From a virus (lineage: Duplodnaviria; Caudoviricetes): a DNA stretch of 64,000 nucleotides. Numbering within the stretch: the stretch's first letter is position 1; every line of letters begins with the position of its first letter. The stretch covers positions 1 through 64,000 of IMG/VR virus record IMGVR_UViG_3300031853_000001; one strand, written 5' to 3'. The notes beneath the pieces were generated by a model. It saw only the letters and a program-made list of their open reading frames with translations. It was not told the DNA's origin and made no database searches. Made by a program: the position numbers and the translations under genes. Positions 38,093-47,839 of the stretch are shown piece by piece.

Positions 38093-39018
38093 ATTAAATC
38101 TTGAACCAATTCTGATTCATCCTCATACTCAATATCAGCGGTTTCGTCAAACTCAACTGCTTCGTTCTCAATGGTTTCAAGCCGCTCAGTTAAGTTATAG
38201 CGTTCTCGCCTATCTTCAACTTGCTCTGCAAAATTCCCCTCATTCACAACTAAACGTTTTAAATAGTTTTGAATGTTTTGCATACAGAAATCAACGTCAT
38301 CTTTTGGCTCTGAATGCCATTTTGGATGCCAACCTTTTTTGCCATAATAAACCATTAATTCACCTACGCTTTCAAAGTCTGCGGCGTTCTTAGCATTAGT
38401 TGCTTCAAAGTGCGCGATTTTTATTATGTTGTCGCGGGCATCCATATCCTTTTTAATATCTCCTCCATCACGGAGTCCCTTTTTAATACGCAATTCAATT
38501 TCACATAAGTCGCGGGCGTAATGTTGGAGAATTGGGGTTGAAACATTTTGAGTAGCAAGTATTTGATTATAGTAATCTTCAAGAAAAAGTAATTCTTCTG
38601 CGGAATATGAAGACGACCAAATTCTTTTCAATTTGCGAACTTTCGCTTCGGAAAGGGCTTCAATTTCTTCGTCAATGGTACCTTCGTTTCGGGCAAGCCG
38701 CCATCGTTCATTTTCATCGGCCCATTGAAGAGCTTGGTAGTGCTCGTCAAGTAGGGTATTAAAGTAAGCGGTTAATGTATGGTCTTTGTGTATAGAGTAT
38801 AATTGCGTCCATTTGTTTAGGTCAAAAGGCACATCAAGCCAGCGGCAAAGTCTATCAACTTCACCCATATTATCCTGATGAACCATTAGTTCTAAACAAG
38901 ATGTACAAATTTGAGAGCGATGAGAAGGAAAGAAATTGGATGGAGTGTATTGAAACTCATGAATTGGTTTCTCCTGCTTGCACTTCAAGCATTTTCGCAT
39001 CTTTATTTCGTCTGTCAT
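38089..39018 (-). CDS. Putative terminase small subunit with N-terminal Zn finger, 309 aa
   Basis: Overlaps the terL start; CxxC...CxxC then a helical body; GAGGAGG RBS. Confidence 0.55.
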   Translation of the reverse strand: MTDEIKMRKCLKCKQEKPIHEFQYTPSNFFPSHRSQICTSCLELMVHQDNMGEVDRLCRWLDVPFDLNKWTQLYSIHKDHTLTAYFNTLLDEHYQALQWADENERWRLARNEGTIDEEIEALSEAKVRKLKRIWSSSYSAEELLFLEDYYNQILATQNVSTPILQHYARDLCEIELRIKKGLRDGGDIKKDMDARDNIIKIAHFEATNAKNAADFESVGELMVYYGKKGWHPKWHSEPKDDVDFCMQNIQNYLKRLVVNEGNFAEQVEDRRERYNLTERLETIENEAVEFDETADIEYEDESELVQDLI

Positions 39019-40291
39019 ATGCGGACTGACCTCCTCTTGTTATTCTTTTTTGTTTTTCGCATTCTTTACAATTAGAAGCAAATTTATCTTTGCGGCTGTT
39101 ATTGGTGGCGAAAAAATAGTTGTTTCGCGGCAACCATTTTTTGCAAGTGAAACAACGTTTGCGTTCGCCCATTGGTGTGGTAAGAAGCATACGATGTTTG
39201 GTTGCAGCCGCCGCCATCTTTTCAGGTATTTCTTTGGCAAGAATGGTGCATATATGGTTCTCGTTATACTTTAAACCATATTTTTCTTGTAGTTCTTCTC
39301 GAATTTCGGTATAGGAAGCACGGTCAATTTTTCGAGTTAAAATGTATTCGCGCACTGGGGTAAAGCCGGCCATATCAAAGTAGCGGTCAAAATCGTAGAT
39401 AAGGGTGCGGCCCCAACTATCCAATTTTTCACCTAGCTCCATATAAATTGCTGAATAATTGTTTATTAATGCCTTAATGTGGGATGGGTTTTCCCAATCA
39501 AAGGTATGTTGCCTTACCACCCATTTTACTTCAATTTGTTTCGTGTTTGGATTTTCACGGGTTTCATAGTCTTCTAAATTTTTACTAATGGTGTGTAAGA
39601 GGGCATTATTTACACGTTCTTGCCATTTATCTAGCGGCATCCAATAAAAAGAATCTTCGTCCCAGTTATAGGTTTGGGCTTTTGGTGGAGTGAGGGCAAG
39701 AAAGTGCAAGGTGGGCTTGTAGGCATCTTTAAGGTAGTATTGATGGCGGCGAATATCTATAAGGGAATGCTTTAGTTGGTAAAGACGATACGAGTCATTG
39801 AAAATTTGGGTATTTTCGTCGGGTGGCAATTTGCCTTCATTTACCGCTACAATGTGGTCTAATCGGTCAATACAGTTCCAAAGGTCTTGCATTCCAGGTA
39901 TTTCGGAATCACCAGGGTCTATAAGTTCACCAGTTTTTTTGTCATATTTAGGGCGATGTATGGTGGGCTTTTTTTTGGTGTAAATGTATCTAGATTCCAG
40001 TGATTGAAGAGCTTGTTGGTCACTTAATGGATTTTCTAAAATTTCATCAAGCGATTGAACCTTATCAGCCGCGCGCTGAAAGCTATTATAGCGTTTATTA
40101 GAGTCGGTAGTTTCGCCACGTTGTATAGCGTTTTTCCCATCTTCATCTTTCCCATATAGGATGTAAGATGCCATTTGCTCCAATTCGGCATTGGTTGGTC
40201 TAGAATCCAATGTGTCTAAAATGTCTTCAACGGCGTGAAGACGGTCCCAGTCACGTTCAATAGAGTAGTCGAGTGAGTATTTCTTTTTCAT
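38957..40291 (-). CDS. Hypothetical protein with possible HTH and C-terminal Zn finger (first gene of the late operon)
   Basis: Long ORF with GGAG RBS before MKKKYSL; SYTEIREEL...ENHICTI helix pair; CFTC...CKEC. Confidence 0.7.
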   Translation of the reverse strand: MKKKYSLDYSIERDWDRLHAVEDILDTLDSRPTNAELEQMASYILYGKDEDGKNAIQRGETTDSNKRYNSFQRAADKVQSLDEILENPLSDQQALQSLESRYIYTKKKPTIHRPKYDKKTGELIDPGDSEIPGMQDLWNCIDRLDHIVAVNEGKLPPDENTQIFNDSYRLYQLKHSLIDIRRHQYYLKDAYKPTLHFLALTPPKAQTYNWDEDSFYWMPLDKWQERVNNALLHTISKNLEDYETRENPNTKQIEVKWVVRQHTFDWENPSHIKALINNYSAIYMELGEKLDSWGRTLIYDFDRYFDMAGFTPVREYILTRKIDRASYTEIREELQEKYGLKYNENHICTILAKEIPEKMAAAATKHRMLLTTPMGERKRCFTCKKWLPRNNYFFATNNSRKDKFASNCKECEKQKRITRGGQSAYDRRNKDAKMLEVQAGETNS

Positions 40292-40329
40292 ATATTGCAT
40301 CTCCGTTTGAAGATACAACTCCCTTCATT

Positions 40330-40362
40330 TTGTATTTTATCATATTTTGGAAGGAAAGTCAA
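40330..40362 (-). promoter_or_regulatory. Candidate sigma70-type promoter of the morphogenesis operon
   Basis: TTGACT at 40362-40357 on the minus strand, with an AT-rich TGATAAAATA -10-like region at the expected distance. Confidence 0.45.
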
Positions 40363-40559
40363 GTATTTGATTTAATTTTTTGGCGGTTGGTGGAATTTGG
40401 GTTATAAAATAAAAAGGTTGGTGGAATTTGGGGAGGGGAGGGAGTTGTGTTGGCGAATGGGCGCAAAAATCCTGCATATAACCCCCGGTTGCGTTAAGAA
40501 ACGGTAAACTTGTGAAATAGGGCTTGTGTTTTTGCGCGCCACGTGCTATTATATTCACG

Positions 40560-40732
40560 TCGGGAGGGCAAGCGGACAGCCCATCCGGGCAAGCAAGAGT
40601 TCGAGAGTCCGCAGGGCATGGCCACGCATGAAGGTAACGTGGATGTACCTTGAAAATTTTACACAAGGAAAACCACTCCCGGATGGGTAGATAACAACGC
40701 GCATTAAGGACACGGCGCGTGGCCGACATGGG
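40560..40732 (+). ncRNA. Candidate structured RNA / 5' leader with pseudoknot
   Basis: Complementary segments 40572-77/40607-12, 40580-89/40678-87, 40620-27/40717-24 and 40631-36/40646-51, downstream of a TTGTGT-N17-TATTAT promoter. Confidence 0.5.
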
Positions 40733-40792
40733 AATGGTAAGTACTGGAGGAAGCACACAAGACCGACAGAATATTAAGAGGAGGTTATTTCC

Positions 40793-41314
40793 ATGTTAAA
40801 TGAGAATGTTCGCATTGAGGTTAAGGGCCTCAAAGGTCGCTTTGTCCCGTTCGGTAAGACTATGCCGGACATGTTGCCTGTTGACGGCGCGCGCTATTAC
40901 TTGACTGAAATTAGCCGCGCGGACTTTGTCGCCGTTCCTGCTATTCGCAAGGGCGGGCGCGGCATGGCTACAAACGCCGGGCAGGTTTTCGTGTACATGT
41001 ACACGAAAAACGCGGTTATGTCCGCGCTTGATAAGCTTGAAGCGGGCACGCTTACTGCGTTGCGCGTTGTCGAAGGACAGGTCAAGCTTGTGAACATTGC
41101 GCTTGACAAAATCCGTCAAACGTTCGGCACTCCGGTTGCAATCTATGCAACCGACTTGCATAAGTGGGACGACATCGAGCCCGATGCAGGTTGTCCGAAC
41201 GCGCCCAAAGCCCGTGCATGGGAAAAGATTTGCGCGAATGCTTGCAATGGCCATTGGGTCGGCGCGTTGCGCGGTGTGCAGGTTGACATCATCATCAACC
41301 CGCTGGATGACTAA
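40793..41314 (+). CDS. Hypothetical early protein, 173 aa
   Basis: GAGGAGG RBS, GC-rich codons, followed by a GCAA hairpin. Confidence 0.85.
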   Translation: MLNENVRIEVKGLKGRFVPFGKTMPDMLPVDGARYYLTEISRADFVAVPAIRKGGRGMATNAGQVFVYMYTKNAVMSALDKLEAGTLTALRVVEGQVKLVNIALDKIRQTFGTPVAIYATDLHKWDDIEPDAGCPNAPKARAWEKICANACNGHWVGALRGVQVDIIINPLDD

Positions 41315-41378
41315 ACCAACAGGGCCGGGGCGCAAGCCCCGGCCAACCAAATCAATCAATATAAGGGAGGATAAAACC

Positions 41379-41681
41379 ATGTTCAATACCATCATCATCT
41401 ATGCCCAGCTCGCACAGGACGCCGAGCAGATTCTCAAGTACGCCGAGCGCGTACTGCGCTACAACTGGAACCTTTATGGTTTCCAGCGCCTTGGCTCCGG
41501 TTATGAAGTAGTAACGACCGACGGTTTTGGCAATCCCTACGGCAGCGAGCGCGAGCTCAAATTGTTCGGAATTGCTATCAAGGTGCCGGAGCACATGGAC
41601 TACCGCACGGCAATGACCTTCTTGCGTTGCGGTGACCGCAAAGTGAACTGCTACGCTGAGTACCACTACACGAACATCTGA
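41379..41681 (+). CDS. Hypothetical early protein, 100 aa (MFNTII...)
   Basis: GGGAGG RBS before ATG 41379. Confidence 0.8.
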   Translation: MFNTIIIYAQLAQDAEQILKYAERVLRYNWNLYGFQRLGSGYEVVTTDGFGNPYGSERELKLFGIAIKVPEHMDYRTAMTFLRCGDRKVNCYAEYHYTNI

Positions 41682-41745
41682 CCGACAACGGGAGGGCGCA
41701 AGCCCTCCCACTCTCACCGACAGCAAAATTGAGGAGGTTTTAACA

Positions 41746-42105
41746 ATGATGCATATCTGCAATTACAACGTCACCAAGGAAAATTCCGGAGCCCTGTTTT
41801 TCGACGAAAATTTCTGCATGGCCGAGTTTTCCATGCACTTTGATGTTGACCCTGACAATTGGGACGGCGAGTTCGGTCACCTTGACATTGAGCCCATGAA
41901 GCGCAGCGCGACGCTGTACTTCTACGGCCATCCCGAGGACCTGAGCGCGAGCATTGAGACCTTCGACCTGTACGACTTCGACGGTCCGGGCAGCGAGTTG
42001 CTCGAGGCGTTCCACCGCTACAATCTGAGCGCTTTGTATCACGCCGCTGAGCGGTTTACGCTCAAGACGGTCACCAACTACCTTGAAAAAATGGAGCGGG
42101 CATAA
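41746..42105 (+). CDS. Acidic hypothetical early protein, 119 aa
   Basis: GAGGAGG RBS; D/E/F-rich. Confidence 0.8.
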   Translation: MMHICNYNVTKENSGALFFDENFCMAEFSMHFDVDPDNWDGEFGHLDIEPMKRSATLYFYGHPEDLSASIETFDLYDFDGPGSELLEAFHRYNLSALYHAAERFTLKTVTNYLEKMERA

Positions 42106-42142
42106 GCCCGCTCCATGGTCTAATGAAAAGGAGGATTTTACA

Positions 42143-42412
42143 ATGAAGGTTATTAACTGCGGACGCGTTATCTACGTCCTGACCGCCCATCACATCGCCA
42201 CTATCGTATATGACTATAACAACGGCCAACCTTCAGCGCACATCTACTATGATGGGCAGAACGGTGAGATTGTTGAAGCAATGAACGGGCAAACTTTGCG
42301 ATATGCAATACGCCTTGCCAAATGGCATGTCAAGCGCGACGAATACATCGACAAGAACCACGACCAGTGGATTGCAACCTTATTAAAACACAGCGGGCTT
42401 GCTTATCACTAA
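42143..42412 (+). CDS. Hypothetical early protein, 89 aa
   Basis: AAGGAGG RBS before ATG 42143; terminator hairpin at 42417-42449. Confidence 0.8.
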   Translation: MKVINCGRVIYVLTAHHIATIVYDYNNGQPSAHIYYDGQNGEIVEAMNGQTLRYAIRLAKWHVKRDEYIDKNHDQWIATLLKHSGLAYH

Positions 42413-43102
42413 CATAAAATTAACACGGCGAAAGCCGTGTTAATTTTTTAAACATAGTAGTTAGTCGCCACTAACATTAAGACTGTGTAAATTAGACTAT
42501 CCGGGCAGTCTAATTTACCTTCATTTAACAAAATCAAATTAACAAATAATTTATTTTAACTACGTTGATTTTTAACTTGACTTATGATACAATAAAGATG
42601 ATGGGAGGATGTTAAGATTTTGTTAAGAAGAAGGTGAAATTTATGTTAAAAATAGGTAAAAATATCTCTGGGACACGTCTGCCTTTGCGCTGCCTGCCTC
42701 GGCTTCGGTCAGCCAGTGTTGGTGGGCAGCTGGAAGTTCCTCGGCTTCGGCCGCGAGTGGGAGCTGGGAGCTGGATGGAGCTGAGAGCTGAATAAAGCTG
42801 AAGCTGGGAGCTGAAACACAAAAATGGGAGCTGGATTTTAATTAACATAAAATTAACATTGGAGCTGCAAATTTAACATAAAATTAACATTTAAATGAAG
42901 CTGAAATTAATAAAAATTAATAACTAGAAATACAACAAATATAGACAGATTAGCGCTTATAAACACTTTAAAAAGCAAAACGTAGACGTTAAATCTATGT
43001 TATTTATAGCATACGGATATTCAAATTAACTTATCATTAACTTGACTACTCATATAATCTATGCTATAATATATACAATAAAAGAAAGAGAGAGAACGCG
43101 CT

Positions 43103-43489
43103 ATGACTAACAACAAAATGACCTTCACCCCTCAACAGATTGATGCCGCTTACATTAACTCTCTTGTTGACCTTGTGAATGCTTGCCGTTACCGTCACAT
43201 CGAAATTGACAAGGTGCGCTACTACCAAAATGGTTGGCATGTAACCTTCGCGGAACATCCGCACGCAGATGCTGTCTGTCATGATGGAAGTTATGGTAGT
43301 CCTTGCTACATGGCGAATTATCTTAGTCAAGGGTATGACAACGACTGGTCGCGCTCTGGCTCTTGGGAGACTATTGGCTTCCCTTGGGACTATGGTGATG
43401 TTAGCGTCCATACCGCGGAAGAACTCACGTTCTATCTATGGTCTTTGAACAATGGTAAAACTCCATGGGAAGAAAACGAGGACTGTTAG
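43103..43489 (+). CDS. Hypothetical protein, 128 aa
   Basis: Own promoter; stop codon lies in a terminator hairpin. Confidence 0.85.
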   Translation: MTNNKMTFTPQQIDAAYINSLVDLVNACRYRHIEIDKVRYYQNGWHVTFAEHPHADAVCHDGSYGSPCYMANYLSQGYDNDWSRSGSWETIGFPWDYGDVSVHTAEELTFYLWSLNNGKTPWEENEDC

Positions 43490-43566
43490 TCCTCGTTCTT
43501 CTTATTTTACCTTTGTTAATTTAATTTCCCGGCTATTTTATTTTACCTTCCATTAATATTACCTTT

Positions 43567-43749
43567 TTAATAGAAAAAATGAGGGATAATGAAAATTAAA
43601 ATAAAACTTAAAATCATAATTATAATTTCAATTATGCATTTACCACAAATTTTTATAAACTTTTCAATATCCCGAAATGTCAATCTATAAAACCACATTT
43701 TAATTTTATATTGAAAACTTTTTCTTCTTTTATAATCTTGATAGCGCAT
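43567..43749 (-). CDS. Small membrane protein, 60 aa
   Basis: AAGGAGGGAGG RBS; hydrophobic C-terminus. Confidence 0.7.
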   Translation of the reverse strand: MRYQDYKRRKSFQYKIKMWFYRLTFRDIEKFIKICGKCIIEIIIMILSFILIFIIPHFFY

Positions 43750-43980
43750 CCCGAAACCTCCCTCCTTTTATACATATATTATACTATAAACTAATTTCAA
43801 AATCAAATCATTTTTAAAGTTTTTATTATGACATTTTTTAGACAATCCCAAAACTTATATAATTTAAATCTATGTAAATTATAACATACGGATATTTTAT
43901 TTTACATAAAAATAACTTGACATTTCATTTTAAATTTGCTATAATAATTCCAGAAACAAACGAAAGGGGATTTTCCTAAA

Positions 43981-44121
43981 ATGACAGTTTATGCTATTGA
44001 TTGTAATGGTTTTCAAGGTTCTTCCTATTATCGCACGCGAGAAGAGGCGCAAAATGCGGCAAATTGGCGCACGTATTGCACAGGAATGAAATGGGATGTT
44101 AAGGAAATATTAATTCCTTAA
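43981..44121 (+). CDS. Small protein, 46 aa (MTVYAIDCNGFQGSSYY...), paralog of 45849-45992
   Basis: Below the ORF-track cutoff; promoter and RBS present; clear paralog. Confidence 0.8.
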   Translation: MTVYAIDCNGFQGSSYYRTREEAQNAANWRTYCTGMKWDVKEILIP

Positions 44122-44283
44122 TTTCAATTTCAAATTGCGAAACATAAAAAGTTTCGCAATTTCATTTTAAATTCCTGTTAATTAAACCTCACGTATAATC
44201 TAATTAATAATCATTTAACTTGACATTTCATTTTAATTTTGATATAATATATCCAGAAAAAGAACAGAGGAGGAAATCCTAAA

Positions 44284-44412
44284 ATGCGCGAATGGAATGA
44301 ATTGACAGATGAGGAGCAGGTTCGGCTTTGGTGGGAATACGATGCTAATTCAGGAGAAGAAATTTCATTTTCTGAATTTGACGAAATGATGCAAGGGATT
44401 TACTTTGAGTAA
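44284..44412 (+). CDS. Very acidic small protein, 42 aa (MREWNELTDEEQVRLWWEYD...)
   Basis: GAGGAGG RBS, own promoter, terminator hairpin around the stop. Confidence 0.8.
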   Translation: MREWNELTDEEQVRLWWEYDANSGEEISFSEFDEMMQGIYFE

Positions 44413-44546
44413 ATCCCTTAATTTCATTTTTCTTTTACTTTTATTTTCCTAATTTTTAATTTAATTTTCAAATCCCAAAATTAAATCTATGTAAATTAAA
44501 TAACCCGGTTTCTGTAATTAACATAATTTCAAAATAAAACCGTATG

Positions 44547-44735
44547 TTAAACATACGGCGCGAAAATATTTTCCAAATCCCGAATCTCATGAGGATAATA
44601 CAGCACGTAGATTTCCATATAGCCAGGCGCGGGCCAATGCTCTTCACACTCATAATCAAAACCGTAATCATCCAACTGTTCAAACAGGCCGTCCAGCGCG
44701 GAGTTCAGTTCAACGGCATAGCACTTTCTTTTCAT
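44547..44735 (-). CDS. Acidic hypothetical protein, 62 aa
   Basis: Minus-strand promoter near 44795 and GAGG RBS. Confidence 0.8.
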   Translation of the reverse strand: MKRKCYAVELNSALDGLFEQLDDYGFDYECEEHWPAPGYMEIYVLYYPHEIRDLENIFAPYV

Positions 44736-44916
44736 TTCAAATTACCTCGCTCTCTTAATTTCTGTAATCATTATAGCACAGCAATCCCGAAATGTCAAGT
44801 TAAACAATTGTAAAATATAATATCCGTATTTTTTATTTTACTTCTTTTTAACTTGACATTTTAAAATAATTTTGGTATAATAATTATAGAAAAAAGAGAG
44901 AGGAGAAAATCCCAAA

Positions 44917-45180
44917 ATGAAGAAGATTATTGTTATCACTCTGATTATCGCTCTGTGCCTGACTCTTACCGCGTGCCAGGTCGGCAACCGCAAAATCGGT
45001 TTTGATACTACGCAGACTTTCCATTGGGCCATCATTCAGATGGGAAATGGTGAACTAATTGAAGGCCCAGTGGATTCGTGGCGAGATTTTAACGAATCTG
45101 ACGCAGTCCAGATTACTATTAATGGTATTACCTATCTGACGCATTACTCCAACGCCATCCTCGCAACCGAGAAGCCTTAA
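44917..45180 (+). CDS. Putative lipoprotein, 87 aa
   Basis: MKK, hydrophobic stretch and LTAC lipobox. Confidence 0.75.
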   Translation: MKKIIVITLIIALCLTLTACQVGNRKIGFDTTQTFHWAIIQMGNGELIEGPVDSWRDFNESDAVQITINGITYLTHYSNAILATEKP

Positions 45181-45304
45181 CGGTTTCTCGGTTATTTTTA
45201 TATTAATTATATAATCCGGAATTTATATTTTACTATTATTTAACTTGACTTATTAAAATATATTTGATATACTATATATAAGATAAAGAGAGGAGATTAC
45301 CACT

Positions 45305-45616
45305 ATGATGCCTATTTATGATGCCGATACTCTTCGCAAAGTTTCTTCTGATGCTCGTCTTGCCGAGTTCAATTATGTTAGAGATAACTATGTTCCAAAA
45401 GCACTTTGCAAAATAAATGAAGCTAATTTCACCGCAGCCAATGCCGGGCGGAGTTTTTCCCATGAAAAACTTAATTTGCTTGTTATGGGTCTTGCTACAG
45501 AAGAATCGCAAAACTATCTTAGAATTGGACTAAAAACAGAATTAGAAACATTAGGACTAAAAGTTGATATAGTCATGCGGCCAAATGGCATGATGGAAAT
45601 TACTTGTAGATGGTAA
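45305..45616 (+). CDS. Hypothetical protein, 103 aa
   Basis: Promoter, GAGGAG RBS, terminator. Confidence 0.8.
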   Translation: MMPIYDADTLRKVSSDARLAEFNYVRDNYVPKALCKINEANFTAANAGRSFSHEKLNLLVMGLATEESQNYLRIGLKTELETLGLKVDIVMRPNGMMEITCRW

Positions 45617-45848
45617 AATTGCGGGTAACCGCAATTTCATTTTAATTTTATGTAAATTAGATTAAACGGGAATTTTATTTTACTTTCCTTTAACTTTTGT
45701 CAATTTCATTTTGTTTTATACATCCTAAAACTAATGTTAATTTCATATTAAATCTCCTATTTCTTATTGACAATTTTATTTTCTTTTGGTATAATATAAT
45801 TGTTCCAAAGAGAACAACAATCAATCCCGAAAGAGAGGCAATTTCAAA

Positions 45849-45992
45849 ATGTATAAGTTCGCAATCTTTTGTATCACTGGTTTGCAGGGCTCTTCCTATT
45901 ATTCTACCCATGAAGAGGCGCTTAACGCCGCGCGTTTCCGTACTAATTGCACCGGATTGCCGTGGTATGTTTCCGCAATAAAGGTTAGGTAA
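45849..45992 (+). CDS. Small protein, 47 aa (MYKFAIFCITGLQGSSYY...), paralog of 43981-44121
   Basis: Shares QGSSYY.T.EEA.NAA..RT.CTG..W.V; promoter and terminator present. Confidence 0.8.
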   Translation: MYKFAIFCITGLQGSSYYSTHEEALNAARFRTNCTGLPWYVSAIKVR

Positions 45993-46124
45993 CTAACCTT
46001 TTTAATTTTATGTTAATTACATAACCCGGATAATCTAATTTCCTTACTTTTAACACTCAAACTTATTGACAATACATATTATATGTGCTATAATAAATAC
46101 ATCAAAAGCAAGGAGGTTCCAATC

Positions 46125-46310
46125 ATGAACATGCCGCTTTACTCCATTGATTACATCGTAACCGCTACCAATACCGCCACTTATCAGTATTTTTATACTA
46201 CTCACGACGCGCGCAACTTTCTTTGGAATAATCGTAACAAAATTCATGATGTAATTATTTATCTGTTTGGTTCTATGACAGAAATCAGCGAAAAAGATTT
46301 GCGGGATTAA
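46125..46310 (+). CDS. Hypothetical protein, 61 aa
   Basis: AAGGAGG RBS, promoter, terminator. Confidence 0.8.
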   Translation: MNMPLYSIDYIVTATNTATYQYFYTTHDARNFLWNNRNKIHDVIIYLFGSMTEISEKDLRD

Positions 46311-46439
46311 CCCGCATTTCTTTTTTATCGTTATGTTAATTAAATTGTCCGGGCTACCTAATTTACACAAATATAACTTGCATTTATGCCAATTCTATGC
46401 TATAATATATACAAGATAAAGAAAGGATGGTAATACACA

Positions 46440-46622
46440 ATGACGGTTAAAGAATTGATGGAAGTTTTTGAGTGCTATGAAAAACTGTGGGGCGAAAAGT
46501 TCACATCTCTGCCGATTGTGACAGTTGGCCACGATGCAAACGGTGAACGACAGTATAACATTCCAGTAACTGATTACACCTTCAATATTGAAGATAACGA
46601 CTTTACCCTTTGGGACAATTAA
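46440..46622 (+). CDS. Hypothetical protein, 60 aa (MTVKEL...)
   Basis: Promoter, RBS, terminator. Confidence 0.8.
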   Translation: MTVKELMEVFECYEKLWGEKFTSLPIVTVGHDANGERQYNIPVTDYTFNIEDNDFTLWDN

Positions 46623-46788
46623 GCGCGCAAGCGCTTAATTTTTTAATATAATGTAAATTACAATGTCCGGGTCTTTTAATTTATATATATTTTACATTCC
46701 ATAGATATTTTTTACTATTGACAACTATTAAAAAATATGATAAAATAGTCTTGTAGTTGAGGGAATAAAGCATAAAGGAGTGTATCAT

Positions 46789-46998
46789 ATGTATACTGTC
46801 TATGATTGCAAGGATGAATACCGCGCCACTTTTTACTCTAAAGAGGAAGCTTTTTCCGCCGCAATTAATCATTGCGTTACGGAAGGACTTTATGTTAATA
46901 ATGTCCTCTCCGACATTGAAGATTCCTTCACAATCATTTACCTTGACCCGGATGATAATAGCCCGCAAGAAATCGCGATTTATAAGGTGTGCGAATAG
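46789..46998 (+). CDS. Acidic hypothetical protein, 69 aa
   Basis: AAGGAG RBS, promoter, terminator. Confidence 0.8.
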   Translation: MYTVYDCKDEYRATFYSKEEAFSAAINHCVTEGLYVNNVLSDIEDSFTIIYLDPDDNSPQEIAIYKVCE

Positions 46999-47135
46999 CA
47001 CACCTTTTATTATTAAATAGATGTTAAATAAAATACCCGGCCAGTCTATTTTCCAAACCTTTAACATACATACCTATTGCAAAAAGTCTGTGCATATGCT
47101 ATAATATACTCAACAAAGCAAAGGAGGGCACCACA

Positions 47136-47276
47136 ATGAAGTACATCGTAGTGAACATGACCACCAAAGAGCAGATTATTTGCACGACTCGCCGCGAGGG
47201 CCGCGACCTTGCAGAACGTCTGAGCATTGAAACCACTTGTCTCTGGTTTCTGATGATTGTCCCCGAAGGCGCATAA
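47136..47276 (+). CDS. Small protein, 46 aa (MKYIVVNMTTKEQ...)
   Basis: AAGGAGG RBS; stop in hairpin loop. Confidence 0.78.
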   Translation: MKYIVVNMTTKEQIICTTRREGRDLAERLSIETTCLWFLMIVPEGA

Positions 47277-47662
47277 GCGCCTTTTTTATTATATCTGTGT
47301 AAATTAAATTACCCGGCACTTATAGTTTACGATTATTTAACTTGACTTCTTTTATGCTCTATGCTATAATAGACTTGTCGAAAGGAAGAAAGGAGTGTTG
47401 AGAGATGGAGCCACCCTACTAATGCAAGGGGTAATGTCTGACATGGCGGGCGTAGGACATCCCCACTTACAAAGGGAACCGACCCGCGGCAGGAGTGGCG
47501 CACTGACCGCGAACGAGCCAACCGCGCGGAGTAGCTAACCGCGCGGCTTTTATTATACTAATGTTAATTATAATTCCCGGATACTCTAATTTACCATCTT
47601 TTAACTTGACAGTTTTAGCGCCACATGCTATAATAAGGTATCAAATGAAGGAGGTAACCAAC

Positions 47663-47839
47663 ATGAACAAACCCTATTGCTTAATCTATCGCCGCTTTAA
47701 TTTCCCTGAGGTTGAACGGTATTTCTCACGCGAAATTGATATGGAAGGTTACATCAATATTTGGTTTGATGACGATGTAGATTACATCCACTTCTTTTAT
47801 TGGAATGTGGAATACACCCCGACATGGTGGGCCGAGTAA
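47663..47839 (+). CDS. Hypothetical protein, 58 aa
   Basis: AAGGAGG RBS; stop in hairpin loop. Confidence 0.8.
   Translation: MNKPYCLIYRRFNFPEVERYFSREIDMEGYINIWFDDDVDYIHFFYWNVEYTPTWWAE

Noticed and set aside
668-39983. Short plus-strand and alternate-frame ORFs within the structural module
   Set aside because: Antisense or overlapping shadows of long minus-strand genes, without convincing RBS.
40340-42848. Minus-strand ORFs 40340-40756, 40555-40758, 40796-41398, 41352-41762, 41740-42042 and 42612-42848
   Set aside because: Shadows of GC-rich plus-strand genes or of structured/repetitive non-coding DNA; no RBS or promoter support.
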